The notes under the pieces were generated by a model. The model was not told where the DNA came from, searched no databases, and saw nothing but the letters and a program-made list of their open reading frames with translations. A DNA stretch of 64,000 bases from Mobula hypostoma. Lineage: Eukaryota. A program made the translations under genes and the position numbers. The first letter of the stretch is position 1. Each line of letters begins with the position of its first letter. The stretch lies in contig NC_086099.1 in NCBI RefSeq assembly GCF_963921235.1, forward strand, positions 57,288,001-57,352,000. The letters run 5' to 3'. This document shows, piece by piece, positions 36,700 to 50,647 of this stretch.

Positions 36700-37570
36700 T
36701 TGTTAAGATCCTGTTGCTTACATCAGTGGTGGAAAACCTAATGGAGAGGATTCTTAGGGATAAGAATTATGAGCATTTGGAGGGGCATAGTCTGATTAGG
36801 GATAGTCAACATGGCTTTGTGAGGGCCACTGAATGAGTTTTTCGAGGAAGTATCAAAACAGGTTGATGAATGTAGAGCAGTGGATGTGATGGATTTGGAG
36901 TTTAGTAAGGAAGGAAAGGAAAGCTCATCCGGAAAATCATGAGACATGGGATCCAGGGAACCTTAGCAGCATGGATCCAGAATTGGCTTGCACAGAGAGA
37001 ATAGACGATGGTAGAAGATGGAGTATATTGTTCTGTGCCCCCTGTTCTTGAACTTTAAAAATGATTTTGGATGAGTCCATGGTGTTATGGATTGTGTAGA
37101 AGTTTTCCATAGGTTCGAACAGGACATAGACAGGGGTCAAAGCTTGCTGGGAAGTTCTGGATTGAGTTCAATCCAGAAATGTGTGAAGTTATACAGTCAG
37201 TAAAGTCAAGCTTAAAGGCTGAGTACAAGGTTAATGGAGAAAAAGGAGGATTCTAGTGTCCATGTCCATGGACCCTCAAAGTTGTTACCTTATTTGAAAT
37301 GGTGGTTAAGAAGGCAAATGGTGTGTTGCCTTTATTAGTCAGGGTACTGAGTTTAAGGTAATGTTGCAGCATTATAAAACTTTGATTAGACTGGATTTGT
37401 TCATTTCTGGTTACCTCATTATACGAAGGATGTAGAACCATTAGAGTGGGTACAGAGGAGATTTACCTGGATGCTGCCTGGATCAGAGAAATGTCTTTGA
37501 GGAGGAGATTAAAAGGCTGGGACAATATCTTCAGATGAAGGGCTCATTCTGTGCTGTACTGTTCTGTGTT
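36700..37570 (+). mobile_element. Decayed CR1 RT/3' fragment
   Basis: agtcaacatggctttgtgag (SQHGFV) and downstream CR1 motifs. Confidence 0.7.
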
Positions 37571-37660
37571 TTATGTGCAATGTTATTACTTAGGTCAGAT
37601 ACATTTGATTTTGCCCCACTTCTAAAATTGGCTGCCAGGTGGCAAGTCACTTTTCATCTT

Positions 37661-37939
37661 AAACACGAGGAATTCTGCAGATGCTGGAAACTCAAGCAAC
37701 ACACATCAAAGTTGCTGGTGAATGCAGCAGGCCAGGCAGCATCTCAAGGAAGAGGTACAGTCGACGTTTCAGACCAAGACCCTTCGTCAGGACTAACTGA
37801 AGGAAGAGCTAGTAAGAGATTTGAAAGTGGGAGGGGCAGGGCGACATCCAAAATGATAGAAGAAGACAGGAGGGAGAGGGATGAAGCCAAGAGCTGGACA
37901 GGTGATTGGCAAAGGGGATACGAGAGGATCATGGGACAG
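37661..37939 (-). mobile_element. Penelope-like terminal repeat with hammerhead
   Basis: Same family as 16439-16580; flanking repeat atcttaa on both sides. Confidence 0.75.
37759..37794 (-). ncRNA. Minimal type I hammerhead ribozyme (Penelope-associated)
   Basis: agtc-CTGACGA-a-gggtcttggtct-GAAAC-GTC-gact; stem II is weakened by G-U pairs. Confidence 0.6.
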
Positions 37940-39689
37940 ATCTTAATTCATCTTAATTCATATTGAAGTTCTTGAAGTGATGGGCTAATTGTGTCCACCA
38001 TTTTCTTTCTTGTACCTTAACCTCTTCTTGAAACTTCATCAACCTAGCCTGCCACAGGAATCTAAGGAAAATCCTTCCCCTGCCTGTCCGAACATTACTG
38101 TGTCTAATCCCTCAACTGTAGCCCACTCCAGTGTAGATCTCTGAGCTACTCTTTCTTTATTGCTTCCTTCTGTTTGACTCCCCTTTCTGCGGTATCCCAT
38201 TACTCTTACTCTACACCCCCTTCTGGTGCTCATCCGTGCATTGTTGCCCTCTCTGTTACTCCCTCTGCAAATATCCTCTATACTATTTTTATTTCTGTTG
38301 CATCTCTTTTTTTGATACCCTTTCTGCTGTATCTTTCCCTATTGCCCTGCATTCTGCTTTTCTTCCTCTATCCTCTGTCCCCTTCACACCTCTCCTCCTC
38401 TTCCTTTCTTTCTGTACAGCTTCTTTCACTCTTTGTCCCTCCTTGTATTTCCTGTTTCCCATACTTTCCTGTTCCTCCAATGACAGCTCCTCATTCCCTG
38501 AGTTCTAGCCAGGAAGTTTAGTTTCCACCAAATTCTAGGGAGTATTAAGGCAGCCCATTTTTTTTCTCTCTCTTACAAGTAAAGAGTCAAAACCCAGCTG
38601 CATTGATAGGGTTGGCTTCCACTGGGAAGGCAATGCTGCAAATGCTGGTGTAGCACAGGAGCAAATAGGTATTAATGGAACGAAGATCACAAGAGGAGAT
38701 TGGGCAGGTGAGAAAGATTGCAGCATGGTTGGTGTATCAGTGCTTTAGGAACTGAGAGTTACTGGGGTTCAGAGGCAAGTGAATGCTGAAACAAGAGAAG
38801 TCAGACATCTAGATGATTGTGGAAACCTCACATAGTGTCAGTAATAGTTGATCATATTGCAAGCACAGGTCAACAATTGTGGGTCAATGATTTAGTACTA
38901 TCTTTGAAGAAAAGAGTGTGGGATATCCAATAATATGAAGGGAAATAGGTAAGCCTCAAGGACAGTAGGAAGAAAGCACTCCTGATTCTCCTAGTAATCT
39001 TGTGTGTTATATAGCACAACACTTCAATCTTGCTACCTTCACTAGCCTTTGATTGTTGGTTTTGTGATGCCTAGGAAATTTGATTGGTCATCATTAAGTT
39101 ACTGACTCTGCATTCCTAAACTAGCTGCATTAAAGCTGAATGTAGCCCAAGATCAAGGGTGGTTAAGTTCAGGTTTAAGATGTTAAAGATGTTTAACTTC
39201 CATCTAACCTAATCCTACCCACTTCAATGGTTAAAATTTTCATCAATACAGGAGACCACACTGCAGGAGACAGATCACCATAGAAACAAGAACAATTCCA
39301 GTCCAGCTGTGTAAATCGAGAAAAAAAACATGCAAAGTGTAAATCAATCATGCCTTGTTTTTATAGAAACCTATCATTGAAAAGCCACCACCTCTGAGCT
39401 GTACTTCAATATTACGAAGGACTTTTTAGAGGCTTGACAGAATTCAATGTGGAAAGGAACACAGATCCAACACAGCTGATGCAAGCCCACCTTTCACTTC
39501 TTGATATCACGGTCTTATTTGATATTTTCCCTATTGCGCAATATCTCACTACATTATGCCTTTGCTGAAATCCCAATTGCCAATGAAGCAGAAAACTGAT
39601 TACAAGAGAATACTCTGCACTGCAATGATCTGAATCCAAATAGCTGGAATCATCCTGACAAGCTTGAGACTGCTGCAAGTACATCCCAA

Positions 39690-39960
39690 AGTACGAATAT
39701 CAAACCAAGAGGCACAGGTTTAAGGTGAGAGGATGGAGTTTTAAAGGGGATCTGAGGCATAATTTACTTTTGTGCAGAGTAGATGATAGATGGAATGTTT
39801 TGCCAAAGGAGGAGATGATATCAGATGCATTTACTATATTTAAGAAGCATTTAAGCAGGCACTTAAATATGTAAAGTATAGAAACTTGATCCCAACATGA
39901 GCAAATGGGATTAAGATGAGCTGAAGAACCCATTTCTCTGCTGTACAACTCCATAACTTG
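39690..39960 (+). mobile_element. CR1 3' end
   Basis: aaccaagaggcacaggtttaaggtgaga (TRGHRFKV) followed by a CR1 3' UTR. Confidence 0.7.
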
Positions 39961-40389
39961 ATGGCACTGGCATTAAGTGCTCCATCTAAAGTAGACATTT
40001 AGGTATATTTTGGGAATTTGAAAATATTAGTGGTGTTTTTTTAATACAATTCTAATTTATTGGCGCACAGGCCACAGAGGTGGACTCAATTCTAATTTCA
40101 ATATTTCAATGTAATAAAAATTAATAGTAAATTATTAATAAGCTCATAATTCATGTTTTATGCTTCTATGCAAAAAGTAGTTTATTAAGTAAAAAATTAA
40201 ATTAACTTGTGTAAATTTTTAAAAATACACGTTCAAAATTAGAGTATAAATGCATTTTGCAGACTTCTGTTTTTTCATAGGAATAACAATAAATTGTAGA
40301 GAAAAAGAAATTGCAAGTCTGGTAGATATATAGGCTTATTCCATGATATAGATAAAACAACATTACAACAGAGCTATATAAACAATGAC

Positions 40390-40850
40390 ATGGAACTCAT
40401 CACATGAGCAAGCTGACAGGAATACAAACTTTTTACTGTAAGCTCCCTCAGCACCGCTCCATGAACTCTGTCTATATTTCTTGCTGTCTCAGTAAGGCAG
40501 TCAGCACAATCTACGACTATACCCATTCTGAGCATTCTCACTTCTCCCCTTTCCTGTTGGCAGGATACAGAAACCTGAAAGCACATAGCAGGACCCTGCT
40601 GTTAGAAGACTATTGAATGGTTCGCAGAATGGACTCTTGACCGCAAAATCATTATGATTTTGCACCTTAATGTCTACATGCACCATACTTTCCTTGTAGT
40701 TGTAACACTTTATTCTGCATTCTTATAATATTTTATTTTGTGTTACCTCAATGCACAATGTAATGATTTGATCTGTATGAACAGTATGCAAGACAAGTTC
40801 TTCACCTAACCTTCAGTAAACATGACAATAACAAATAAATTTAAATTCCA
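40390..40850 (+). mobile_element. Rex1/Babar 3' end (decayed)
   Basis: THSEHSHFSPFLLAGYRNLK resembles HPGHxLFxLLPSGRRYRSL. Confidence 0.65.
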
Positions 40851-42029
40851 ATAATCTGAATTACTTCAATTGTGGTAGGATCCTCCACAAATATCATAAC
40901 ATAGATTACCTCAGTCTGTGTTTTCTCTTGGCAGATATTATTGATTGTCTTCAGATTCCTTCTCATTGACCAACAAATAATTGGTGCTGAAGATCCGTTC
41001 TTATGGTGGGGTGGTATTAGAACTTATTTGCAACTTGAAATATTTCATGTGGTACACAATTCATTTTGACATTGAGAGCATGTGTTCATGAATGTCTTTG
41101 ACATCCTTTGGATCTATGAAAAATCATAGATATGAATAATTCATAAGTAATTCAAGACAGCGATTAATTAATGTCTCTTCATCCAGAGTAGAGTAAATCT
41201 TTGCAAAAGAGAGGGGAGGAGAATTTGTGTCTGGACAAAGACAGAGATTGATAGGTTTGGGGGTTCAAGGGATATGGGGCTATGGGAGGAGCATGGCACT
41301 TAGTTACACGATGGCCCTATTGAAAGGAAGAACAAATCTGAATGGCTTAATAGCTATACTCCACCATGAATGAACAATGAAGGGATGATTAGTAGTGGAA
41401 CAGAGAGACCTTTATGACAGAGTATAGCTTTCATGTGCAGTTTGAAAGTATATTTGTTTGGATACGGAACGATAGTCATCAAATAATTTATTTCCAGAAT
41501 TTATTGATGCAATGCTTTACAACAATTAGAAAAAGCTGCTTTCTCAGTGAATAAACCTGAGCTTTTTAATTACCAACAATGTAACCTAAGCCATACATAA
41601 CTTACTCATTGCATTCAATGGAAGTTTTAAAAAGCAATACACATTTATTAACTTTCTATAAGAGTACAGAAGATGAGGTTATTTGTGCTTTCAAATGACA
41701 GCAGCTTTAGTTGAATACTTGAATTCATTTTTCATCAGTACATTTTATATACCACACTGGATGTTTGCCATTCTAAACCTGATTATCTGAGCTTGAGCAC
41801 ATTAGATTATTGAGGAAGAAAGAGGAGTTACTGAATGAACACTGCCCTCTGCTGAACTGAATTAATTCTTTGTTTAATTAAATTTGTCTTATACACATTT
41901 TTGTGAATATAATAGTCCAGACTTTTTTGAAAAATACAGAGAAACTCAGTGCATGCAAATTTCTTGTGTATTTGCATACAAATGATGAAGTCTTGGAGTT
42001 GCTGTGAGCTCTTCCCCATTGTTTCCTGC

Positions 42030-42485
42030 ATCAAAGTTCAAAGTTCAAAGTGCATTTGTCATCCAAGTATGTGTATGTCACGATATGCTACCCCAAAATT
42101 CACTTTCCTTCTGGGCATTCATAGTGGATACAATAGAAATACAATGGAAGCAATGAAAAACCACACTAAACAAAGATGGTCAAATAACAAATGTGCAAAA
42201 GAAGACAAGCTGTGCAATTAAAAAAAAAGGAAATAATAATAATAAATAATATTGAGAGTATGAGTTGTAGAAAATGAGCCCATATGTTGTGAAATCAATT
42301 CGGTGCTGAGGTGAGTGAAGTTATCCACACTGGTTCAGGAGCCTGATGGTTGAAAGGTAAAAACCATATCTGAACATTGTGGTGTGGGTCCTGAGACTCC
42401 TGTACCTCCTTCCTGATGGCGGCAGCGAGAAGAGAGCATGGCCTGGATGGTGGGGGTCCTTAATGATGGATACTGCTTTCTTGTT
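42030..42485 (-). mobile_element. Rex1/Babar 3' end
   Basis: (aaagttc)n tail; cctgtacctccttcctgatggc...gcatggcctggatggtgggggtcctt encodes KDPHHPGH...PSGRRY on the minus strand. Confidence 0.75.
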
Positions 42486-44124
42486 TAGACTGTCCAGTTT
42501 AGGCTTCTAAAATTTGTTGAGAGTTTATTTTGAATTTTAGGTGTTTTTTATGTATCTTAATTGTGTTTACATATTTATATATCTTTAAACTAAGATAATT
42601 TATAATAATTCTAATATTTTTTATTGTTTTTCCTTTTAAATGTCTGCAACATTCAGAAACATTCAGTCTTTAAAAGCTTAGGGTATGTTAGGGGATATAG
42701 CCTAGCCAACTGCCAAAAGATTTTCTCCTCTTTTTATGCGTGGGCTTGTTCTGCTCCCCAGAAGATCTACTTGTGTGGTGGAAGGAGCCTGTACAGCACA
42801 CAGCCACACTGTGAGGGATCTAGCCGATTCGACTATACACACTGCAGCTGCTTGGATTGACTGGAGGAAGCTCAAACTTCATTCAGTCAATAGATCGCTG
42901 TTGACAGCACATTCTGCCCAATAGTCAGGACCTTGTGGCTATAACGACAGTGAAGCTGTCATTGCTCACCCTCATTATTGTGCAAAAATGAGACCACTCT
43001 GTCATCTGCACATACATTGATAAGTGTGAAAAACCAAAACTGCTGTCAGTGTTATCCTGCTCATCCACAAGATGCAATCAACACAGAATAAGTAAACTGA
43101 TGGAAACAGTTTTATCCATTATTATCACTGTAAAACCATCGAGAATGTTAAATATTGAATGAGATAGTATTAAGTTTTTTTTTAGCTGGACATCAAGTCA
43201 TGATTACTGGATATTTCTGTGGTTTCTGTTGTGGAAAGCTGGTTTTTATTCACTGCAGACTTTTATTCCTTCTTTTCCATAATAAAATATTCCATAGAAA
43301 TTAAAAATAACAATCGTTAAGCATTTGTTTTGGTATTTCAACTTCTTATCATAATTATACTTCAGTCAAAATATTAAATATTGAATTATTATAACTGTGC
43401 TCTCTTACTTTGCTCATAGCTGCCTGCAATTCGATTAGTTGCTCAGGCCAACGAGATTCATGAACAGCCTGTTTTCAGGTGCTGTCGAGACCCTATAACT
43501 TGAGCCATACTGGAAGTTACGCTGGCATTGTTAAAATTGGTGCTGGATTTTCGTAAGGGATTTCTTTAGGAATAACAGCATTGCTCCTTTACTAATGACT
43601 GTAAAACATAAACAGATTTTCTGTCCTGAGTAAATGCCCTATTGACTGTCAATAACAATGACAAGTGAAATTAAATGAAAATATTGCTGAGCGTCACTTC
43701 TCAGACTGACTTATTCATATTCTGTTATATGCTCAATTACATTCAAGATGCTTTAATTCAGAAAATTGCATCTAACATAGGAACACCAAACATGGGATCA
43801 ATGTACGTGCTTTCATTTCTGCCTTAAGTTTCTTGATATCTTCAGCACAGAAATAAATCTGTTTCTTCGAATGGATTGAGCATGAAACTGTTGCCTTCAC
43901 AGTTCTTTTTCTTGAAGGAGATAGAATGAAGAAAAGAAGATGTAAACATTTTAAACAATGGGAAAAGAACTCCGAGCAAGAATATTATCATCTTGTTGGT
44001 TCATTGTAAGTGACCAGCTGTCTATATAAATTTTATATGGATAGTGTAATTGTTTCATTATTAGGGGACAATGAAGTTACATATGAGTGAGAATAGATTT
44101 AAAGACCTTTAAAGTGTGCAAATA

Positions 44125-44497
44125 CATTCTGTGGCCACTTTATTAGGTACATCCTGTACACAGTAAAGTGGCCACTGAGTGTATGCCTGTGATCCTCTGC
44201 TGCTGTAGCCTGTCATTCAGACATGATCTTCTGCACACAGCTGTTGTAACACTGGTTATTTGAGCTACTGTCACTTTCCTGTCAGCTTGAATCAGTCTGG
44301 CCAGTCTCCTCTGATTTTTCTAATTAGCAAACGGGTTTTCACCCATGAATCTGCGGCTCACAGGCTGTTTTTATCTCTTGTAGTTTTGCAGCTTTATCTG
44401 TAAACTCTAGAGGCTGTTGTGTGTGAAAATCCCAGGAGATTAGTAATTTCTCAGATATTCAAACCACCCTGTCTAGCACCAACAATCATTCCATTGA
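44125..44497. mobile_element. Tc1-like non-autonomous element (partial), starting with a 57-bp TIR-TIR hairpin
   Basis: TA-cattctgtggccactttattaggtaca...gtaaagtggccactgagtg-TA (44125-44181); internal part matches 60760-61050. Confidence 0.7.
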
Positions 44498-44504
44498 CCG
44501 TTCG

Positions 44505-44637
44505 CTAGTGCTGCTGAAGGGTTTCGGTCCAAAGCGTTGACTGTACTTTTTACCATAGATGCTGCCTGGCCTGCTGAGTTCCTCCAGCATTTTGTGCGTT
44601 GTTTAGATTTCTAGCATCTGCAGATTTTCTCTTGTCT
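44505..44637 (+). mobile_element. Penelope-like terminal-repeat remnant with degenerate hammerhead
   Basis: ctgctgaagggtttcggtccaaagcgttgactg...atagatgctgcctggcctgctgag. Confidence 0.65.
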
Positions 44638-45214
44638 TAAAATGTTTAGATCAGATGGATTGAGGCTCCACACTTATAAATTTTAATTTTTGCTCTCAGA
44701 GCGGTTGTTTGAAATATGTAAGCCATTGCAGCAGTAAAAACAAAATATTATTGAATGACACATTGACCTAACTCTCTGCAAATAAGTTGATATATTTGTA
44801 GTGAGTACATTAATGTATCATTTCTTATTTTAAATTTTGTCAAGCCTGTATTTTAAATATAATCTATTTTAAACAGAACCAAAAATATTGGAAGAGCTAC
44901 AATATTCAAAAAAGAATCTGTGGTGATAGAAACTAGTTGATGTTTTAAGTTGAAAAACTCATTAGGACCACAGTTCAGCATCAGTGGTTTGAAAGTCCAA
45001 CATCAAATAGTCAACAAGCATTTGAAAGAGACTAAATTCAAGGAATCTGCTGACAATTTAAATTTTAAAGCGAAGTCTGAAATGCAAGTACAAACATTTC
45101 TGGCAGGGATGCCAAGTTCGTAAAGAAATTTGCATATGCGTGTACTGAGCCATTGTCTGTAGTTCCTAACAAAATATCGGATAAATGTGCATTATTCATT
45201 TGATTCAATCACTG

Positions 45215-45465
45215 TCCCTTGTAACTCCTCACTTTACTCAATGTCGGTCCATAACCATCTCTACTGCCGCCATGAGGCCTCTCTGAATTTGGAAGAGCAG
45301 CACTGCATATTCCGTCGAACAGCCTCCAGCCTGATGGCATGACATCGATTTCTTCAACTTCCGGTAATATTTCCCCACTCTGGCCTCTTACCTCTTCTCC
45401 TTACCTGCCTACCACCTGATGCTCCTGCTCCTTTCATTCCTCCAATCCACTCTTCTCTCCAATCA
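45215..45465 (+). mobile_element. Penelope-like element, GIY-YIG C-terminus remnant
   Basis: Frameshifted LEEQHCIFR...LQPDGM..DFFNFR* at ~45288-45368. Confidence 0.65.
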
Positions 45466-45958
45466 GACAGCTGTGAAGATCCCTGCTGCTCCTGATCTCC
45501 GTCTCAGAGGCCGATGTTAGGCTGTCTTTAAAGAGAGTGAACCCTCGCAAGGTGAACGGTCCCAATGGAGTACCTGGTAAGGCTATGAAAACCTGTGCCA
45601 ACCAACTAGCGGGAGTATTCGAGGACATTTTCAACCTCTCACTGCTACGGGTAGAAGTTTCCATTTGCTTCAAAAAGGCAACAATTATACTAGTGCCTAA
45701 GAAGAATAGCATGGGCTACCTCAATGACTATCGCCCAGTAGCACTCACATCGACGGGGATGAAATGCGTCGAAAGGTTGGTCACCGCTAGACTGAACTCC
45801 TGCCTCAGCAAGGACCTGGACCCATTGCAATTTGCCTATTGCCACAATAGGTCAATGGCAGACGCAATCTCAATGGCTCTCCACATGGCTTTAGACCATC
45901 TGGACAACACAAACACCTATGTCAAGATACTGTTCATCGACTATAGCTCAGCACTTGA
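45465..45958 (+). mobile_element. Rex1/Babar RT fragment
   Basis: ORF 45537..46013 (NPRKVNGPNG...NDYRPVALT...DPLQFAY...FIDYSSA), similar to the 28423 ORF. Confidence 0.85.
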
Positions 45959-45959
45959 T

Positions 45960-48900
45960 ATCATAATGTCCAAGGATACACATTGTATCGAAAGCACAGG
46001 CAGGAAGGCATAGGGGGTGGTGTTGCTCTATTGGTAAAAAATAAAATCAAATCATTAGAAGAGATGACATAGGGTCAGAAGGTGTGGAATCATTGTAGAT
46101 AGAGCTTAGAAATGCAAAGGTAACAAGACCCTGATAGGAGTTGTACACAGACCACCAAACAGTAGTAAAAATGTGGCATACAAATTACAACAGGAGGTAG
46201 CAAATGCATGCTAAAAGGGCAATGTTACAATAGTCATTGGGAATTTCAATATGCATGTAGTTTGGGAAAAGCAGGTTGATGCTGGAATTCAGGAGGGAGA
46301 ATGTCTTGAGTGCCAGTGAGATGGCTTTTTAGAGCAGCTCTGTGTTGAGCTCACTAGAGGGTCAATTATTCCAGACTGGGTGTTGTGCAATGAACCCGAA
46401 TTGATAAGAGACCTTAAGGTAAAAGAGCCCTTATGGGGAAAGTGATCATAATATGATCAAATTCACCCTGAAATTTGAGAAGGAAAAGTTAAAGTCAGAT
46501 GTATTAGTGCTACAGTGGAGTAAAGGGAATGACAGAGACATAAGAGAGGAGTTGGCCAAAACTGATTGGAAAAGAACATTGGCAGGAATTATGGCAGAGT
46601 AGCAATGACTTGAATTTCTGGAAGCAATTTGGAAGGCACAGGATATGCAGTAAACATCTCAAAGGGAAAGAAGTATTCTGAGGGAAAGATGACACAACGA
46701 GAGAACTCAAAGCCAACATAAAAACCAAAGAGAGGGCATACAATAAAGCAAAAAATAGTGGAAAGTCAAAGGATTGGGAAGCTTTCAAAAACCAATAGAA
46801 GGCAACTAAAAAGTGATTAAGAAGGTAAAGGTAGAATACAAAAGTAAGCTAGACAATAACATTAATGATGATACCAAATGTTTATTCAGATACTTAGAGT
46901 GGATATCAGACTGCTAGAAAATGATGCTGCAGAGGTAGTAATGAGGGACTGAACTGAATAAGTATTTTGCATCAGTCTTCACGGTGGAAGACAGTAGAAG
47001 TACAGTGGAAGTTCCAGCTGTCAGGGGGTCATGAAATTTGTGAAGTTGAAATAACCAGAGAAAGTTTCTTGGGAAACTGACAGGTCTGAAGGTAGAGAAG
47101 TCACCGGGACCAGGCAGTGTACATCCCAGAGTTCTGAAAGAGCTGGCTGAAGAGATCATGATGGCATTAGCAATAATCTCTCAAGAACTACTAGATTCTG
47201 GATTGGTTCAAGAAGACTGGAAAAATGCAAGTGTCATTCCACTCTTCAAGAAGGGAAAGAGGCAGAAGATAGGAAACTATAGGCCATTTAGTCTGACCTC
47301 AGTGGTTGGGAAAATGTTGGAGTCTATTATTAAGATGAGGTGTCAGGGTACTTGGAGGCACATGATAAAATAGGCTGCAGTCAGCATGGTTTCCTTAAGG
47401 GAAAATGCATGAGAAATCTGGTGGAATTCCTTGAAAAAATAACAGGCAAGATAGACAAAGGAGAATTCATTGATGTTATGTACTCAGAGTTTCAGAAGGC
47501 TTTTGAAAAGGTGCCACACATGAGCCTGCTTCACAAGCTATGAGCCCCTGTATGACATGAAATATTCTAGCTTGGTAAAGCAGTGGGTGATTGGCAGGAG
47601 ACAAAGAGTGGGAATAATGGGAAACATTTCTAGCAGGCTGCTGGTGACTAATGGTGTTCCACAGGGGTCTGTGTTGTGACCAATTCTTTTTAAATTATAC
47701 GTCAATAATTTGGATGATGGAATTGAGGCATTGTTGCAAAGTTTGCAGACCATATGAAGAAAGGTGGAGGGCAGGTACTTTTGAAGAAGGAGAGAGGCTA
47801 CAGAAGGACTTAGATGGATTATGAAAATGGGCAAAGAAATGGCAGATGGAATACAGTGTCGAGAAGTGCATGGGCATGCACTTTGGTAGAAGAAGTGAAA
47901 GGGTTGACTATTTTATAAATGGAGAAAAAATATAAAAAAACTGAGGTGCAAAGAGACTTGGGAATCTTTGTGCAGGATTACATAAAGGTTAATTTACAAG
48001 TTGAGTCTGTGGTGAGGAAGGCAAATGCAATGTTATCATTCATTTCAAGAGGACCAGGATATAAAAGCTAGGATGTAATGGTAAAACTTTATGAAGCACT
48101 GGTGAGCAAGACTGGGCCCTTTATGAGGGGTGATTGTTAAGTTTGTGGCCTAAGGTAGAAGGAGATAAGTTATACAGCTCACGTTACATGCATATGCAGT
48201 TCAATGCTTTGAGTTATTACGCAGAAAGTTTGAAGTTAATACTCATCAGTTAATAACTCATCAAGGGTGATTGATAAGTTTGTGGCCTATGGTAGGAGAT
48301 GAGTTATTATTATGAATTATTATGTTGAAAAATAAATGTGCTTGGTTTTCTAAAACTGACTCCTTCTACCTTAGGCCACAACCATATCAATTACCCCTCA
48401 TACCTTAGAAAGTATGTGCTGAAACTGGAGAGGGTTCAAAGGAGATTCACGAAAATGATTTCAGGATTGAATGGCTTGTCATATGAAGAGTGTTTGATGG
48501 CTCTGGGCCTGTATTCGCTGGAATTCAGAAGAATGAGGGGTGACCTCATTGAAACCTATTGAATGGTGAAAGGCCTTGATAGAGTGGATATGGAGAGGAT
48601 GTTTTCTCTGGTGGGAGAGTCTAAGATTAGATGATACAGCTTCAGAATAAAGGAGTGTCCTTTTAGAATGAAGATGAAGAGGAATTTCTTTAGGCAGAGA
48701 ATCTGTGAAATTCTTTGCCACAGGCAGCTGCGGAGGCCACGCTTTTATGTATATATGTATATTCATGCATATTCAAGTTTTATCTATATATATTTGTATT
48801 AAGAAGCTTGATAGATTGTTTGCCTAGGGCACGAAGGGATACAGGGAGAAGGCAAGAGAACGGGGCAGAGAGAAAAATAGGATCAGCCATGATGAAATGG

Positions 48901-48960
48901 CGGAGAAGACTCAAAGAGCCAAATGGCTTAATTCTGCTCCTAAATCTTATGATTCTTCTG
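45960..48960 (+). mobile_element. Decayed CR1 ORF2 (APE to 3' end)
   Basis: GNYRPFSLTSVVGK, SQHGFLKGK, LGLYSLEFRRMRGDLIETY; CR1 3' UTR to ~48960. Confidence 0.85.
48124..48400. mobile_element. Mariner-like MITE
   Basis: ~40-bp TIRs tgaggggtgattgttaagtttgtggcctaaggtagaaggag / ctccttctaccttaggccacaaccatatcaattacccctca; TA TSD; the CR1 is continuous across it. Confidence 0.85.
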
Positions 48961-49149
48961 TGTGTCTGTCTCACATGTTCAGATATTTCTGAATATGTTA
49001 CACCAGAAGAGTGGTTCATAAAGAAATCTACAGCAGTCTTTGTAGTCATTTAAAAGATCACCTGTCACTTGTAGTCCATCCATGCATGATATTGTATGCT
49101 CTGCTGAACATGCAACATGAAGGTTTGAGGTGTTGTGCATGTTATGGAA

Positions 49150-50010
49150 GGTGTCATAGGTTATAACTGGACATAGACAGGATGTAGAACTAGGCTGAGA
49201 AGTGACAGATGGCTCAAAGGTACATTTATTAGCAAAATATGCAACTCTGAAATTCTTCTCCAGATAGCCATAAAATCAACAAAGAAAAAAACAGCTGCAC
49301 GATCATCAACCGTCTTAATACCCCTCCACACACAAAAAAAAACATGGAACTGGCACATCAACCCCCAAATCCCCCTTCCCCCACACACAGAAAAAACAAG
49401 AAATATTGGACAAAAAACACAGAATATAAAAAAAACTATAAGACTGAAAGAAGTCCAAGTTCATATGCAAAATGTGGAAAAAAAGAGTTAAATCTAGAAA
49501 ATTGTAAAGTGATACACTTTGGCAGGTCAAAGCTGAAGGCAGAGTAGAAGATAAATGGCAGATTCTTAGCATTGTGGAGGAACAGAAGAATCATGGGTTC
49601 CAAGTCAATAGATACGTTATGGTGGACAGCAAGTTGATAGGGTTGTTAAGGAGGATTATGATGCATTATCCGTTATTAGTTGGGGGATTGCATTCAATAG
49701 CCAGGAGGTAATATGGCAGTTCCATAAAACTTAGTTTAGACTGCATGTGAAGCATTACATTCAGTATTGTCACCTTCATTATAGGATGTGGAAGATTTAG
49801 AACGAGTACAGAAGAGATTTACCAGGATGATGTCTGGGTTAGAGAACCTGTCTTTATGAGGAAGGATTGAGCTGTTAGAGCTCTTTTGGAATGAAGGAGG
49901 ATGCGAGGTGACTTGATGGAGGTACACAAGATGATAAAAGTCATAGGGTGAACAGACAGCACCTTTTTATCCATGGCAGCAATAGCTAATATGAGAGGGC
50001 ATGGTATTTG
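49150..50010 (+). mobile_element. Decayed CR1 3' fragment with an A-rich minus-strand LINE-tail insert (~49215-49480)
   Basis: NLENCKVIHFGRSK resumes after the insert. Confidence 0.6.
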
Positions 50011-50334
50011 GGTGTGATGGCAATGGGTTTGTGGACCACAAAGTTCTGAAGTCAAACAAACACCTTAAGCCCCAGAGGATGTAAATACCCACTGGTACTC
50101 TCACTACAAGGAGATTATACTGCAACTGTCCAATCTTCAAAGACTAGTTCACTTCCCTGTTTGTCCTCCAGGGCAAGTTTAGCTGCCAATATACTCTATT
50201 TGAGCAGAGGGGTCCCCTCTCCCTGCCAAGGAGAAGATGCTTCCACCTAACAAAGTAGTTTAAATCCAAACAACACTCTTAAAATGCACTCTATCTTAAA
50301 CATTTTAAACTTGCAAGCCATTTCTAAAACATAA

Positions 50335-50647
50335 TGTCAAAAAATGTGGAGGAGGCTTGACCCAAATGCAGGACAGCAAAGTCAATTTAGCAGTAAGCAA
50401 TAACTTTAGTAATAAAGTGAAAAGTAGCTAACCATGAGTGGCCAGAAAGTATGAGGGAACCAATACTAAATGCAAAAAGGTAACTGCAAGCTAGGAGCAA
50501 CTGGTTGAGGCTGGCTGGTTCAATGAGTGAACAGGATCTGTGGATGAGGACTGGGTTTAAAAAGGCTGGATGAGCTGGAAATGAGCAGCATGTGACTCCT
50601 GTTAGCTGGTTGGAGACTGGGAGGAGACTGCATATGCAGGCCTGACA
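50335..50647 (-). mobile_element. Possible Gypsy-type solo LTR
   Basis: TGTCA...TGACA ends, ~310 bp; gacccaaatgcagga motif recalled from fish LTRs; no TSD found. Confidence 0.4.

Noticed and set aside
38170-38520. Hydrophobic 115-aa ORF
   Set aside because: Pyrimidine-rich low-complexity DNA.
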